In this document: one piece after another, positions 1 through 10,417 of the stretch | Layout: each line of letters starts with the position of its first letter | Numbering within the stretch: position 1 is the stretch's first letter | Origin: Klebsiella phage vB_KpnM_KB57 | Strand: one strand, 5' to 3' | Sequence record: NC_028659.1 | Length of the DNA: 64,000 nt | Notes under the pieces: model-generated | Seen by the model: only the letters and a program-made list of their open reading frames with translations | Databases searched by the model: none | Told to the model about the DNA's origin: nothing | Program-made: the position numbers and the translations under genes

Positions 1-1989
1 ATGATAATCGAGCGTAATGAGAAGAAGGTAGAAGTTAGTACCAACGTCAAACGCTATCAGGCTGGTATCGCGATTAATGCTGAAACTTTCAGTATCTTGA
101 TCGATGGTATTTATGAGGACAAGATCCTTGCTGCCTGTCGTGAACCCCTGTTCAATGCGGTAGATGCACACACAGAAGCCGGATGCCGGGATAAACCGAT
201 TATCATCCACTCCCCAACTGACCTAGAACCGTGGTATTCTGTCAAGGATGGTGGTATTGGGATGGACTTTGACATGGTTACCCAGACCTTCATGATGCTG
301 GGGTCGTCCACCAAACGTGAATCCAACGATCTGATCGGTGCGAAAGGTATTGGTTCCAAGGCCCCGTTCACCGTTACGGACATGTTCAGTGTCATCTCCA
401 TCAAAGATGGTACTAAAACTGTGTACTCTGTTCATAAAGACCAAGGGATACCTGAGGTTGTGCCTCTCCACGAGTCAAAAACCATAGAAGAAAATGGTGT
501 TGAAATCAAATTCAACGTTGACCCGGCAGAGACTGAGAAATACCGCCGTGCAATTATCAGTTGCCTGCGTTATGCTAAGTTCCCTTACGAGATCAATGAC
601 CCATTTGTGACTTCATCTATTCGAGACCGTACCTACCCGGTGCAGTATACGTTCAAAGATGAAGAATCTGGTTGGATGCTGGAAATGTATTCGTCGGTAT
701 CTAACAATGCTGATAGCGTTGTGGTTATGGGACAACAGCCGTACAAATCAAAGTTTCTGAGCAATAACCCTGAATGGCCCCTGATGATGGTGTCCATCCC
801 AATCGGGGATTGCGATGTCAATCCGGGACGTGAATGGACTATCGAGGGCAAGAATGACCGTGGCTTCGAAGAGCGCCTTAAGACATTCGTTCAGACGGCC
901 CTTGATCGCCGTGGTGAAGAAATTTACCATGAACTCCGTAAGCTTCCAAAACTTGCGGATGTTCTGGAGTATATGAAGCGAGTTGGCGGGTGGTTTGCTA
1001 CAAAATACGGCGCAAAATACATTGCGGAATTGTTCAGAGATTATGTTGACTCTGTAAGCGTCAAGGAATGTGTAACTTACAACGGCCACGGGGAGAAGCG
1101 TAGAACTGACAAAGACTATTCATATGCGGATATGATGAATGGTTACCATCTTGTATACAACGACGACAATAAGCTGGTTAGAAGTAAATGTAATCAGTTG
1201 TTTGATGTAACAGGCAAGGCCGTCTATCTGACGGACAATCTTGGTGTGGCACAAATGTGTGATAATCCATTCTTTGCGGGAATGATCCATAAGCTGTCGG
1301 ATTTGGAAAAGCGTCCAGCATCGAAATCGGATAAAAAGTATGGCGGCTATAGCCTGTATGAACCAGGGCATCCAGTATGGATCATTGAGCAGAGTGGAGC
1401 TATTAGGAAAACACGTATCTCCCGTGCGGAATTTGATGATATCAAATATGCCATGATCTATTCTGGTGGTCAGGCACGAGGGACTTGTGACCTTGGGTCT
1501 ACGGCGTACCTTTCTAACCGTCATCAACCGGAGACCTTCTTGTCAGATCTTGGTATTGATGATAAATTATACATCGTACCTTTAAACCGAGTGAGTTGGC
1601 TGGATGATGATGTTAGGATGATTACACAGGACGACCTTTATAAGGTTGCAAGTTCAAACCTGTTGGATTATCATCTTAATCAGTTAACCAGACAGCGTGA
1701 GTATCGCTCTCTCTTGGACGACTTAAAGGGAATAGGTGTAGAGGTTGTCAAAGATCCTGAATACAAGGAAAAGGTTAATATGGCTAGTACCCTTTACCAT
1801 GTTAAAGGTTATTATAGTGCAGAAAGAACTGCGAAGAGAATCGTCAATGGACGTATTCGTGTTGGGAAAAGCCTGATTAACAAGGTAAAAGAACGTTACC
1901 CGTTACTGAAGCACATCCCGATGGAGCATTTTAACTCACCAGAGGTGGCTGAGTATCGTAAATTTATTGATAGCAAAGGAGAGAAATAA
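1..1989 (+). CDS. rIIA: rIIA-like membrane-associated protein with N-terminal GHKL/HATPase domain (possibly 5'-truncated by window edge)
   Basis: GHKL motifs readable in translation: N-box FNAVDAH, G1 DGGIGM, G2 GAKGIGSKAPF; ~660 aa; immediately followed by a second large early ORF as in T4 rIIA-rIIB. Confidence 0.6.
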   Translation: MIIERNEKKVEVSTNVKRYQAGIAINAETFSILIDGIYEDKILAACREPLFNAVDAHTEAGCRDKPIIIHSPTDLEPWYSVKDGGIGMDFDMVTQTFMMLGSSTKRESNDLIGAKGIGSKAPFTVTDMFSVISIKDGTKTVYSVHKDQGIPEVVPLHESKTIEENGVEIKFNVDPAETEKYRRAIISCLRYAKFPYEINDPFVTSSIRDRTYPVQYTFKDEESGWMLEMYSSVSNNADSVVVMGQQPYKSKFLSNNPEWPLMMVSIPIGDCDVNPGREWTIEGKNDRGFEERLKTFVQTALDRRGEEIYHELRKLPKLADVLEYMKRVGGWFATKYGAKYIAELFRDYVDSVSVKECVTYNGHGEKRRTDKDYSYADMMNGYHLVYNDDNKLVRSKCNQLFDVTGKAVYLTDNLGVAQMCDNPFFAGMIHKLSDLEKRPASKSDKKYGGYSLYEPGHPVWIIEQSGAIRKTRISRAEFDDIKYAMIYSGGQARGTCDLGSTAYLSNRHQPETFLSDLGIDDKLYIVPLNRVSWLDDDVRMITQDDLYKVASSNLLDYHLNQLTRQREYRSLLDDLKGIGVEVVKDPEYKEKVNMASTLYHVKGYYSAERTAKRIVNGRIRVGKSLINKVKERYPLLKHIPMEHFNSPEVAEYRKFIDSKGEK

Positions 1990-3224
1990 TGAGTGATCTT
2001 TTTAAATCCCGTGCAGATGCTCGTGTTTGTGCTGCAAGTCGTGGTATGAAGGTTGTGGACCGTGGTGTATCCCCAGCGGTGCTGGCAGAGGGGCGTTGGA
2101 TGGTTGTCCCCAAAGATAGTATTGGTGCTTCCCCGGAAAAGACGATTTCCTTCGATATGGAAACTTACCCTGCGCCAACTGCCTCTATGTTCTTTGCGAG
2201 TCGGGGAGAGGCCCGAGCATTCTCCAAGACTGTACAGAATGCGAAGATTATCGATCATGCAAAGACAACAGCAGGACATGACAAAGAGGAGGGAGTTGTC
2301 AAGGACCTTGGCAAGCGTGGTAAGCGCTGGGAAGTGGTGTTCGTGGTTTCTGATGTAGAAGTGAGCGTTACTGTTCCTCAGCTTCCAGAACCTACACCTG
2401 TGCCTATTAAGATTTCGGTTGTTGATGACACGAAAGCTGATCCCATTGTCATCATGACACCAGGCAACGTTTCCATCACACTTCCAGATGGAACCATTCA
2501 TACTCTGGGCAGTAACAGCGAAATCTTTAACGACGTCGGTATGTTGCTGTTAAACAACAAGATCGACGAAGCCGTAGCGCTTATTGAAGCGGGGATCGCT
2601 GCAAAAGCTGAAGTGGCAATCGACCTTGGACCGGATATGAAGCTGCTAGACGGAATTCTGTACTGGCACGGTATCAAACAAGAAAGCGGTATTGCTCGCC
2701 GTATTGTTTCCGATATCGAGACCGGGAAGTTCGATAACCGTTATGTCGAGTTCATGCGGAAGCTGATGCTCAATCCTTCTTACAAATCGGTTGAAATGCT
2801 GTACGACTTCCTGGAGCATAACAAGTTCGAGATTCTGGAGAATGGCAACATCTTGGCCTACAAGGGTCTTAAACGCACTGAGAATGGTCCTCGTGACTGG
2901 TTCACAGGCTTGGTCCCTAACTGGGCTAACACCACAGTCACTATGCCAAGAAACATGGTTGAAGATGACCCAACCAAAGCTTGTAGCCAGGGTTTACATA
3001 TCGCCTCTAAGGAATATGCCCGTGATTATGGTAATGTGGTTGAGGTATCTGTTGACCCGGCAGACATTGTTAGCGTACCATATAACTACAATAACAAGAA
3101 ATGCCGCTGCTGCCGCTATGAGGTATTGACAGGAAAAGAAAAGCCAGCAGGTGCTCCTGATGTTATTGTTGTGGGTGTAAGGGGTGCTATCCTAGACGAA
3201 ATTTATCTCGATAAGGAGGATTAA
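1989..3224 (+). CDS. rIIB-like protein (by position after rIIA; no motif recognised)
   Basis: 411-aa ORF, start overlaps rIIA stop (TAATG-type coupling), stop overlaps next gene start; synteny with rIIA. Confidence 0.4.
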   Translation: MSDLFKSRADARVCAASRGMKVVDRGVSPAVLAEGRWMVVPKDSIGASPEKTISFDMETYPAPTASMFFASRGEARAFSKTVQNAKIIDHAKTTAGHDKEEGVVKDLGKRGKRWEVVFVVSDVEVSVTVPQLPEPTPVPIKISVVDDTKADPIVIMTPGNVSITLPDGTIHTLGSNSEIFNDVGMLLLNNKIDEAVALIEAGIAAKAEVAIDLGPDMKLLDGILYWHGIKQESGIARRIVSDIETGKFDNRYVEFMRKLMLNPSYKSVEMLYDFLEHNKFEILENGNILAYKGLKRTENGPRDWFTGLVPNWANTTVTMPRNMVEDDPTKACSQGLHIASKEYARDYGNVVEVSVDPADIVSVPYNYNNKKCRCCRYEVLTGKEKPAGAPDVIVVGVRGAILDEIYLDKED

Positions 3225-4531
3225 TGTCTGATTTTGGAGTGGGAACGGAAGAGGCCTTAGGTGCTATCATTGAAGGCAAAAACGTTTTCATTACGGGACC
3301 TGGTGGTAGTGGCAAGAGCCATCTGATCAAAACAATCCAATCCCTGTATCCAAGTTCAACATTAACAGTGGCCCCGACAGGGGTCGCTTCACTTAATGTT
3401 GATGGAATGACAACTCATCGAGCTTTCGGGTTATCAATGGGGATAGCCACAGAAGATGATGGTAAGACAGTAAAAACTAAACCTAAAAAACTTTTAAAAA
3501 GCAAATCTCTTGAGCGTATCATTATTGATGAAATATCTATGGTGCGAGCCGACAAATTGTGGGAAATGGATCAGAAACTACGTGTTGCGAGAAGGGAGCC
3601 TAAGAAAGCTTTCGGCGGTCTTCAGGTCATCATGTTTGGTGATTTCTTTCAGAACCCTCCAGTTCTGACAGATTCTGAAGAAAACGCTTACTTCGAACTC
3701 CACAGCACAGAATTATCGTGTTTCTCAGACACTTGGGGAGAGATAAATCCATACCCTGTACTTCTTGACAAGATTTATCGTCAAAACAGCGTGCATTTTT
3801 CATCGCTATTGAATCATATGAGGAAAGGCGAGCGTATTGATGAAATAGTTAAATTCCTCAACAATCAGTGCTATTCAAAAGGTGCAGCACTGAATGCGAT
3901 TACCCTGACTTCAACTAATGCCGCGGCGGAACGTATCAACAAAAAGCATTACGATCAGATACCGGGTGAAGAGGTTATTTACAAAGCCTCCAAAACAGGA
4001 GATTTTGCCCAGCGTCCAGTTGCTGAGAGTCTACACCTCAAGGTAGGGACTCGTGTCATGATCACCGTTAATGATCAGAATCCAGATGAAGACGGTCCTA
4101 AATTTGTAAACGGAACACGGGGTATTATCAAGGCCCTAAGGAAGTTTTCGGTAGATGTAGAACTGGAAGACGGCAAGGTTGTAGAGATCGAAAAGAATGT
4201 CTGGGAAAATGTTGAATACTTCCCAAGAAAGGTTATCAAGAATGGTAAGACTGAAGAGGAATTGGAAAAGATTGTTGTTGGAACATATACAAACTTACCC
4301 ATTCGCCTTGGTTATGCAGTGACCATTCACAAAGCTCAAGGCTTGACTTTGCCAGAGGTTAATATAGACTTTGGTTATGGAGCTTTTGCTCCTGGGATGG
4401 CCTATGTTGCCTTTAGCAGGGCCACTTCTACAAAAGGTTTAAGATTGTTGCGTCCGGTTAAAGAACGTGATATTATCGTAGACCAAAGAATTGTTAAATT
4501 CTACAAAGACACATTCCCAGGAAAATTTTAG
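3224..4531 (+). CDS. dda: Dda/RecD-like SF1 DNA helicase
   Basis: Walker A GPGGSGKSH, Walker B IIIDEISMV, motif III-like VIMFGDFFQ, motif VI-like VTIHKAQGLT. Confidence 0.8.
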   Translation: MSDFGVGTEEALGAIIEGKNVFITGPGGSGKSHLIKTIQSLYPSSTLTVAPTGVASLNVDGMTTHRAFGLSMGIATEDDGKTVKTKPKKLLKSKSLERIIIDEISMVRADKLWEMDQKLRVARREPKKAFGGLQVIMFGDFFQNPPVLTDSEENAYFELHSTELSCFSDTWGEINPYPVLLDKIYRQNSVHFSSLLNHMRKGERIDEIVKFLNNQCYSKGAALNAITLTSTNAAAERINKKHYDQIPGEEVIYKASKTGDFAQRPVAESLHLKVGTRVMITVNDQNPDEDGPKFVNGTRGIIKALRKFSVDVELEDGKVVEIEKNVWENVEYFPRKVIKNGKTEEELEKIVVGTYTNLPIRLGYAVTIHKAQGLTLPEVNIDFGYGAFAPGMAYVAFSRATSTKGLRLLRPVKERDIIVDQRIVKFYKDTFPGKF

Positions 4532-4540
4532 GAGAAAATA

Positions 4541-4999
4541 ATGGCATCATATTCTCGTCTGGAGCTGGTAGACAAGTTCCGCAAAGAACTTGAAGTATGG
4601 AATCAATGGCAGGTTCCTCGCTCTGAAAAAGCTATGGACACTACCCACATCCAAATGGCCTCTCTTGACGAGATGATGTCTGCTTATGGGTATGTCCCTC
4701 GTCGTCTTTCTAACTTCCCAGAAGTTAAAGATGGTCGCTTTGGCTACCAGCTTGCATTCCCTCGATGTAAAAAGATTTGTCGCCCATTCTTTATCTCGTT
4801 ACAGGATGCAGTTAGCATCCATAATGGCAATGGGTACAAGGGGAATCCATTCCGTAGGTTGGGGGATCGCATGAGTTTTGCTCTACAGAACCGTATTGTT
4901 GAGCAGGTGGCGGTTCAGAGGGACAAGTCTTTGGAAGGTGGTATCAAATCAACTAAGAAGTGGATTAAGTTCTATGAGGAGAACAAAAATGCAGGTTGA
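4541..4999 (+). CDS. hypothetical early protein
   Basis: 152-aa ORF, SD-like GGAGAAAATAATG, co-oriented. Confidence 0.4.
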   Translation: MASYSRLELVDKFRKELEVWNQWQVPRSEKAMDTTHIQMASLDEMMSAYGYVPRRLSNFPEVKDGRFGYQLAFPRCKKICRPFFISLQDAVSIHNGNGYKGNPFRRLGDRMSFALQNRIVEQVAVQRDKSLEGGIKSTKKWIKFYEENKNAG

Positions 5000-5171
5000 A
5001 GACTTCACTGACCTGAGTAAGGTAACAACAGAAAAGCTAATGAAACTCCGTGATATCGCTCAAGATTATCACGATGAGATGCAGCAAGCTGAACTGGAAG
5101 CGTGGGAAAGACTCCAAGATATAATTCATGAAATTGTCAAGAGGGCGAAGAATGTTCAAACGTCTAATTAA
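4989..5171 (+). CDS. hypothetical small protein (start chosen at ATG 4989 after GAGGAG)
   Basis: in-frame ATG with SD inside track ORF 4878-5171. Confidence 0.25.
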   Translation: MQVEDFTDLSKVTTEKLMKLRDIAQDYHDEMQQAELEAWERLQDIIHEIVKRAKNVQTSN

Positions 5172-5466
5172 CTGGCTCTTTGCCAAAGAGGATGAAACCA
5201 CAGAAAATGAAGTTCGGGTATTTGACTTCACAGAACAAGGTCCTGGACATGATATCGCTATACGAGTCATCAATGATGGTGAATACGCAGAGGCAGTGGT
5301 TGCCCTGAAACTTGCGGATCTGCCGCCTGCGGTTGGTGATTTCATCGTCGTAGTTTTAGATGGTGTCCACAATACTTTTGTGGTAGAAACTTCAGAAGGT
5401 GTGAGCCTGACTGTTACTAAATTGACCCTAACTCGTTATGAAGGCGCAGAAGATGAAACATCGTGA
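5149..5466 (+). CDS. hypothetical protein
   Basis: ORF 5128-5466, plausible start at 5149. Confidence 0.35.
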   Translation, partial: RMFKRLINWLFAKEDETTENEVRVFDFTEQGPGHDIAIRVINDGEYAEAVVALKLADLPPAVGDFIVVVLDGVHNTFVVETSEGVSLTVTKLTLTRYEGAEDETS

Positions 5467-5935
5467 AAATATTTGTAAGCTTATTGATGATTTGAAACGC
5501 ATCGCAAGTCAAGCAACACCAGGTAAGTGGTGGATAGATTCACATGGTCATGCTATGGTTGCATTTTCAACGGAAGATGCTGGCATGGAAACAGTGTTTG
5601 TGACAGACGGAAATATGGGTCCGGTTGTGCGCCATGAGAACACAGGTAATCTTTCGGCTTGGCGCAATGATATGGATGCAACATACATTGCGACTGCCTG
5701 CCCTCAGAATGTGCTGGCAGTTCTGGAATATCTAAGTTCTGGTGCTAACGCGTGGAATACCATAAGCACTTATATGGAAACTCGCCTGCATGGTGATGCA
5801 GCCGCTTTACGTAATGATGTAAGCCGGAAGTTGTTTGATGACGGTTGTCATAGTGCAGCAGTCCATGCAATTCAGTTTATCGAGGCACTCATTGACCAGA
5901 ATATTGAATTAAAGGCCGAACTGGAGTCTAAATGA
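5453..5935 (+). CDS. hypothetical protein
   Basis: ORF with ATG at 5453 (MKHRENICK...). Confidence 0.4.
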   Translation: MKHRENICKLIDDLKRIASQATPGKWWIDSHGHAMVAFSTEDAGMETVFVTDGNMGPVVRHENTGNLSAWRNDMDATYIATACPQNVLAVLEYLSSGANAWNTISTYMETRLHGDAAALRNDVSRKLFDDGCHSAAVHAIQFIEALIDQNIELKAELESK

Positions 5936-6168
5936 TCAAAGATTGTTTTGGGAATGAGGCGAGAGTTGGCGACAAGATCGCCTTCTCTCAAGGCAATGCT
6001 GGAGCAAAAAAGTGGGAATTCGGGGAGATTACCCGGATAACCGATAAGTGCATATATTTTCATGGTCGCGCCGGGGGAATGTTCCGTGACTGGCGTGATG
6101 ATACCGAGCTTCGCCGTGGAGAAGGCGCGTTCGTAATTAATTTAGAAGCGAGAGGACTTAATGAGTAA
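5932..6168 (+). CDS. hypothetical protein
   Basis: 78-aa ORF, ATGA overlap with previous. Confidence 0.35.
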   Translation: MIKDCFGNEARVGDKIAFSQGNAGAKKWEFGEITRITDKCIYFHGRAGGMFRDWRDDTELRRGEGAFVINLEARGLNE

Positions 6169-6445
6169 AGCCGCACTTCCTGTAGAGATCGAATTCAGTT
6201 ATGACCACCCTACTGCGGGTGTCGTCACCGTCGAAGCACTTTATTCTGTGATGGAAGGCGACCGTAACAGTCGTGAAAGCGATGTAGATTACAACGGTTT
6301 CCAAGATTTGGAGTATTATGCTGTATTCTCTGGAGGCAAACAGATCTACGTTGACATTCCAGATGATGTCCTATACCATCATTTACGCGAGTATATTCGC
6401 AATCTTGAAATTGTAGGTTGCTTCCAGGAAGAGGAGGAGTTTTAA
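6161..6445 (+). CDS. hypothetical protein
   Basis: 94-aa ORF, overlapping start/stop with neighbours. Confidence 0.35.
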   Translation: MSKAALPVEIEFSYDHPTAGVVTVEALYSVMEGDRNSRESDVDYNGFQDLEYYAVFSGGKQIYVDIPDDVLYHHLREYIRNLEIVGCFQEEEEF

Positions 6446-6663
6446 TGAAACACGAAGTTAAAGTCGTCGAATTCGAATTCAATAACCACAGTGGTCCAAA
6501 TTACGTGGCTAAAGTTTTGGCAGAACATCTTGATGAAGGATATACTATCGCAGGGCAATCTGAAAGCGCTAGATATCTGACCTACACCCTAGTTAAAATT
6601 ATTCCAATTTCCATGACGGGTACGGTAACAAATGCCGATCACCAAGGGGTCAGTTTCCACTAA
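6445..6663 (+). CDS. hypothetical protein
   Basis: ATG 6445 preceded by GGAGGAG; 72 aa. Confidence 0.35.
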   Translation: MKHEVKVVEFEFNNHSGPNYVAKVLAEHLDEGYTIAGQSESARYLTYTLVKIIPISMTGTVTNADHQGVSFH

Positions 6664-6673
6664 GGGAGGCCGT

Positions 6674-7366
6674 TTGAAGAAGAAAGTGATCATTCTTTAT
6701 GATTACACTTCGGTCATGGCCCGTCCTTGGTTAGAGGCTGGCTATGAAGTTTGGACTTTTGATGGTCAACATTCACCAGGAGTCACCCGCGAGGGTGACC
6801 TTGTTAAAGTCGGGATGTGGTTCTTCCACGACAAGACCGTTCAACAAGCTCAAGAGATCAAAGAAATGGTTGGTGACAATGTCCACATCGTCTTTGGTTT
6901 CCCGGAATGTACTCACCTGACCAATGCAGGTTCACGTCATTGGGCTAAGAAAAGAGCAGCAAACCCTAACTTCCAGAAGGAAGCAATGGAACTTTGCCTA
7001 TTGGTAGAGAAGGTTGGAGATTTATATAATGTTCCGTGGGCCTTTGAAAACCCTGTCGGTGTTCTCTCTTCAATGTATCGAAAACCTGATTACATGTTTG
7101 ATCCTTGTGATCTTGGTGGTTGGCTACCTTTGATAGATGTTCATCCACTCTACCCGCATATATATCCCCCACGGGATCAGTACAAGAAAAAGACTTGCCT
7201 TTGGTGGGGAAATAACTTTATTGGCCCAGAGAAAAAGCCGTTGCCATCCTTATACAAGGACAATCCGGGATGGAAAAAATGCGGAGGAAAATCTTTGAAA
7301 ACAAAAAACATACGCAGTTGTACCCCGAGGTCTTTGGCAATTGCAGTTTATGAGGCAAATAAGTGA
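6674..7366 (+). CDS. compact C5-cytosine-methyltransferase-like protein (possible DNA-modification enzyme); start uncertain (6632/6674/6686/6716)
   Basis: translation shows GFPEC (motif IV-like, Cys displaced vs PCQ), ENPVG (motif VI ENV), C-terminal CTPRSLAIAV (motif X-like); no Gly-rich motif I seen. Confidence 0.3.
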   Translation: MKKKVIILYDYTSVMARPWLEAGYEVWTFDGQHSPGVTREGDLVKVGMWFFHDKTVQQAQEIKEMVGDNVHIVFGFPECTHLTNAGSRHWAKKRAANPNFQKEAMELCLLVEKVGDLYNVPWAFENPVGVLSSMYRKPDYMFDPCDLGGWLPLIDVHPLYPHIYPPRDQYKKKTCLWWGNNFIGPEKKPLPSLYKDNPGWKKCGGKSLKTKNIRSCTPRSLAIAVYEANK

Positions 7367-7929
7367 CTCGTGAAAGAGACGACCTTGGAAAGTTCACCGA
7401 ATCTTCTTCAAAAAAAGAATACGGTGGAATGCAGGTCTGTAAGAAATGTGGGGAGGAAAAGGAATGTACCCATAAGAACTTCAGGATAAATACAAAAGGT
7501 GGTAATAGGGTATCCTCCATTTGCAGGGCGTGTCAGTATAAAGACCAAAAAGAGAAACACTTAGCATCAAGAAATGATATTGAGTACCTCAAGAAAAGGA
7601 GGGAAAGAGGAAAAAGATATCGGGAGTCTAACCGTGATAAGGTGTTGTTCAATAACTATTCTCGTCTCGACAAGATAAAGGGTAGGGTTTCTGATCTTAC
7701 CCTTGAAGATGTCAGAAGGATTATACGAAGCCCTTGTATCTATTGTGGTGATAAGGGGGATGTTGGTCTTGATCGTATCGACAATTCTATTGGACATTCG
7801 GTTGAAAACGTCCTGCCGTGTTGTTCTGTCTGCAACAAGGCTAGAAGTGATTTCTTTTCTGTAGAAGAGATGATGACCATAATAGGGCCTGCTATTAGAG
7901 AGGTTCGTAATAGGAGATGTAATGGGTAA
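7363..7929 (+). CDS. HNH homing endonuclease
   Basis: Cys pairs CKKCG...CRAC and HNH core CGDKGDVGLDRIDN...HSVENVLPCCSVCNKAR; inserted between MTase-like gene and primase-helicase. Confidence 0.7.
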   Translation: MTRERDDLGKFTESSSKKEYGGMQVCKKCGEEKECTHKNFRINTKGGNRVSSICRACQYKDQKEKHLASRNDIEYLKKRRERGKRYRESNRDKVLFNNYSRLDKIKGRVSDLTLEDVRRIIRSPCIYCGDKGDVGLDRIDNSIGHSVENVLPCCSVCNKARSDFFSVEEMMTIIGPAIREVRNRRCNG

Positions 7930-9940
7930 TGGACCGGATTGGGCGGCGTATCGCAAAGGTGGCAATGAAAACCCAAGAGCAGGTTTTGGAAGTAATCGCG
8001 GAGGCAAGTTGAATTATAGTAACAATCGAGTAGAAGAGACCCTGGAATCAGTGCTGTCTGGCACCCGCATCATGGCTGTTCCCGAAATGAGTCTCTCTCT
8101 TGAAGCAGCACAGTATTTTAAGATCCGTTCTGCGGTATCCCCGGCGGATGGTATCACCCCGGTAGCAACATACTTGCCCTATTATGACAAGTATGGGAAA
8201 CTGACGGGATTCAAGAAACGTGACTGGACGTTACAGAAGGAAAAGACAGGACACTTTTCAACTGTTGGTGCTGTGAAGGCATCATCTCAGTTCTTTGGAC
8301 AGCATGAAGCCTCTATGGGTGTTGGTCGTAAGCAGATTAATATCGTGGAAGGTGAAGGTGACGTATGCGCCGCATGGCAGGCAGCGTATGAGATGGTAAA
8401 GGCTATGTCTACCAGCCCAAAAGCCAGTAAAGGCGTTAAGGACTGGGCCGATAGCATCCTAAAAGGTATCCGTCATATCCAGAACGACGAAGACATTGGC
8501 GGTCTTCCGACACTACCCTATGTTGGATTAAACTGTGGTACTGCAAACGCTGTTGATACTTTCGCAAACAACGAGAAGTTCATTCGCAGTTATGAGAAGG
8601 TAGTCTTGGGCTTTGATAACGACGAAGCCACAGCATTAGAAAAAGAAAAGAAAATAAAGAAAGGTAAAGAAGCAACCGACGATGTCGCTAGCTTCCTGCT
8701 GTCAGAAAACATTTACGTTGTGCGATATCCTAACGAGCGTAATGACCCGGATGGCTTTAAAGACATTCGTGACATGTATGATGCAGGTAAGGTACGCGAG
8801 CTTTATGCAATGTTTACCAAAGCAGACGATCGCTATGTCCCTGATAAGCTTATCGGTCTTAAGGATATTACCATTGAGAATCTTCGCAAGAAGAAAAAAG
8901 ATGGTGTTCCATTACCGGGACTCCCTGGTCTCTATAACCTGACCCGTGGTCCTCGTACAGGTGAGCTTTGGACATTGACAGGTCCGTCTGGTGGTGGTAA
9001 GTCTACAATCTCTCGTAAGATTGAATACGCGATCATTGATTATCTTCGTGATATGTCAATTCCCCGCCTAGATGGCTGGACCGAGAGTGAGAAAGTAGCC
9101 ATCATCCGTCTGGAAGAGGATGAAGAAGAGTCTGTAAACAGCTTGTATGCTGAAGAGCTGAAGGTGGACCCTAAGGCATTTGTTGCTGACCCGGAGCAGT
9201 TCTTAACCGAAGAGCAACACCTTGAGATTCACCAACGCTGGATTCGGGAAGATAAGATTAAGATCTTTGATCACTTCGGTTCTATCCCGACAGACCAGCT
9301 TATTCAGAAACTTAAGCAGATGGTGTTCCTTGATGGTTGTAAATGGATCATCCTCGATCACCTATCAATGGTAATCTCTGGTCTTAAGTCCGACAACGAA
9401 CGTCGAGACCTTGATAACATCATGACCGAGTTGGCAGCTTTCTGTAAGAAGTACGATGTTTTCATCTTATCAATCAGCCACATGAAGCGTAAAGAACTTC
9501 AGCTTCCGAAAGATAAAGATGGGAATCTATTACCGTTCTGGTATCCGGTCCGTAAAGAAGACCTGCGCGGTTCTGCGGCCCTTGAACAACTCTCATGGGT
9601 GGTTCTGGGTGTTGAACCAGAAGAGCTTCCTGACCGCTCCCGTGGACGTGTACGTATCGTGGTGCTGAAGAACCGCCCACACAAAAAACTGGGTATCGCT
9701 GATACAATGGTTATGGATGACAACGGGCAGTTCTCCGATGCTTCCGGTTGGGAATGGGAAGATGGAATGTTCAAGCTTAATGGTGAAGTTATGCTTCGTC
9801 CTCAGAGCCTGATCCATCAACTCTCCCTGGAAACTCCGGTTGGAAAGGTAAATGTCCCGGCACCTGAGTATAAGCCAACCATCGATCTTGACAGGACCCC
9901 CGTTCCTACTCTTGGTCCTGACGATGATACGCCTTTTTAA
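7922..9940 (+). CDS. bifunctional DNA primase/helicase (T7 gp4-like)
   Basis: 672 aa; helicase Walker A GPSGGGKST, DnaB-like C-terminal half; N-terminal primase region; start overlaps HNH stop. Confidence 0.8.
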   Translation: MGNGPDWAAYRKGGNENPRAGFGSNRGGKLNYSNNRVEETLESVLSGTRIMAVPEMSLSLEAAQYFKIRSAVSPADGITPVATYLPYYDKYGKLTGFKKRDWTLQKEKTGHFSTVGAVKASSQFFGQHEASMGVGRKQINIVEGEGDVCAAWQAAYEMVKAMSTSPKASKGVKDWADSILKGIRHIQNDEDIGGLPTLPYVGLNCGTANAVDTFANNEKFIRSYEKVVLGFDNDEATALEKEKKIKKGKEATDDVASFLLSENIYVVRYPNERNDPDGFKDIRDMYDAGKVRELYAMFTKADDRYVPDKLIGLKDITIENLRKKKKDGVPLPGLPGLYNLTRGPRTGELWTLTGPSGGGKSTISRKIEYAIIDYLRDMSIPRLDGWTESEKVAIIRLEEDEEESVNSLYAEELKVDPKAFVADPEQFLTEEQHLEIHQRWIREDKIKIFDHFGSIPTDQLIQKLKQMVFLDGCKWIILDHLSMVISGLKSDNERRDLDNIMTELAAFCKKYDVFILSISHMKRKELQLPKDKDGNLLPFWYPVRKEDLRGSAALEQLSWVVLGVEPEELPDRSRGRVRIVVLKNRPHKKLGIADTMVMDDNGQFSDASGWEWEDGMFKLNGEVMLRPQSLIHQLSLETPVGKVNVPAPEYKPTIDLDRTPVPTLGPDDDTPF

Positions 9941-9946
9941 GGAGAA

Positions 9947-10417
9947 ATGATGATTCAGAAACGTGAGCGCGGAGGGGAGAGAAATCTCCTTCCAGTTACT
10001 GATTTAATTCAGCGACCAGAAGTAGAGTTCTATGAGATTTCCGGTGTCTTGCCAGAGAAGATCCTTGAATTTTCTGAGAAGCTTTCTAAGGTAAAAATCA
10101 CCACTACCGCCATAACTCTTGACGAATTTTATCCCTTAGATGTTTATCTCCCAGAGTGGGTAAACAAAGACGTTGGAGATTTTTTATCGGATAATTCCAT
10201 TGGTCCCCATCTTGACCATTGTATCTCAAGGGTAGCATCGGCTTTGGCGGCGACTATTGATGATCAGATTGGTGATGCAAAGGAGATTGTCTTCTCTCAT
10301 GCGGATACCATTTTGTATGCAAACACAGAAGGTAAAATCGGGTATCTGTGGTTAGTGATCAACAAAACTGAACGGTCACTTATGCTGCAATCAGAAATAT
10401 CTTTCAAAGTAGTCTAA
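9947..10417 (+). CDS. hypothetical protein
   Basis: 156-aa ORF with SD AAGGAGAAATG. Confidence 0.4.
   Translation: MMIQKRERGGERNLLPVTDLIQRPEVEFYEISGVLPEKILEFSEKLSKVKITTTAITLDEFYPLDVYLPEWVNKDVGDFLSDNSIGPHLDHCISRVASALAATIDDQIGDAKEIVFSHADTILYANTEGKIGYLWLVINKTERSLMLQSEISFKVV

Noticed and set aside
111-1527. Minus-strand ORFs (111-404, 223-471, 633-851, 748-1089, 1120-1527) inside rIIA
   Set aside because: Antisense shadow ORFs within a long, motif-bearing + strand gene. No start signals.
4075-4302. 75-aa minus ORF inside dda helicase
   Set aside because: Antisense shadow.
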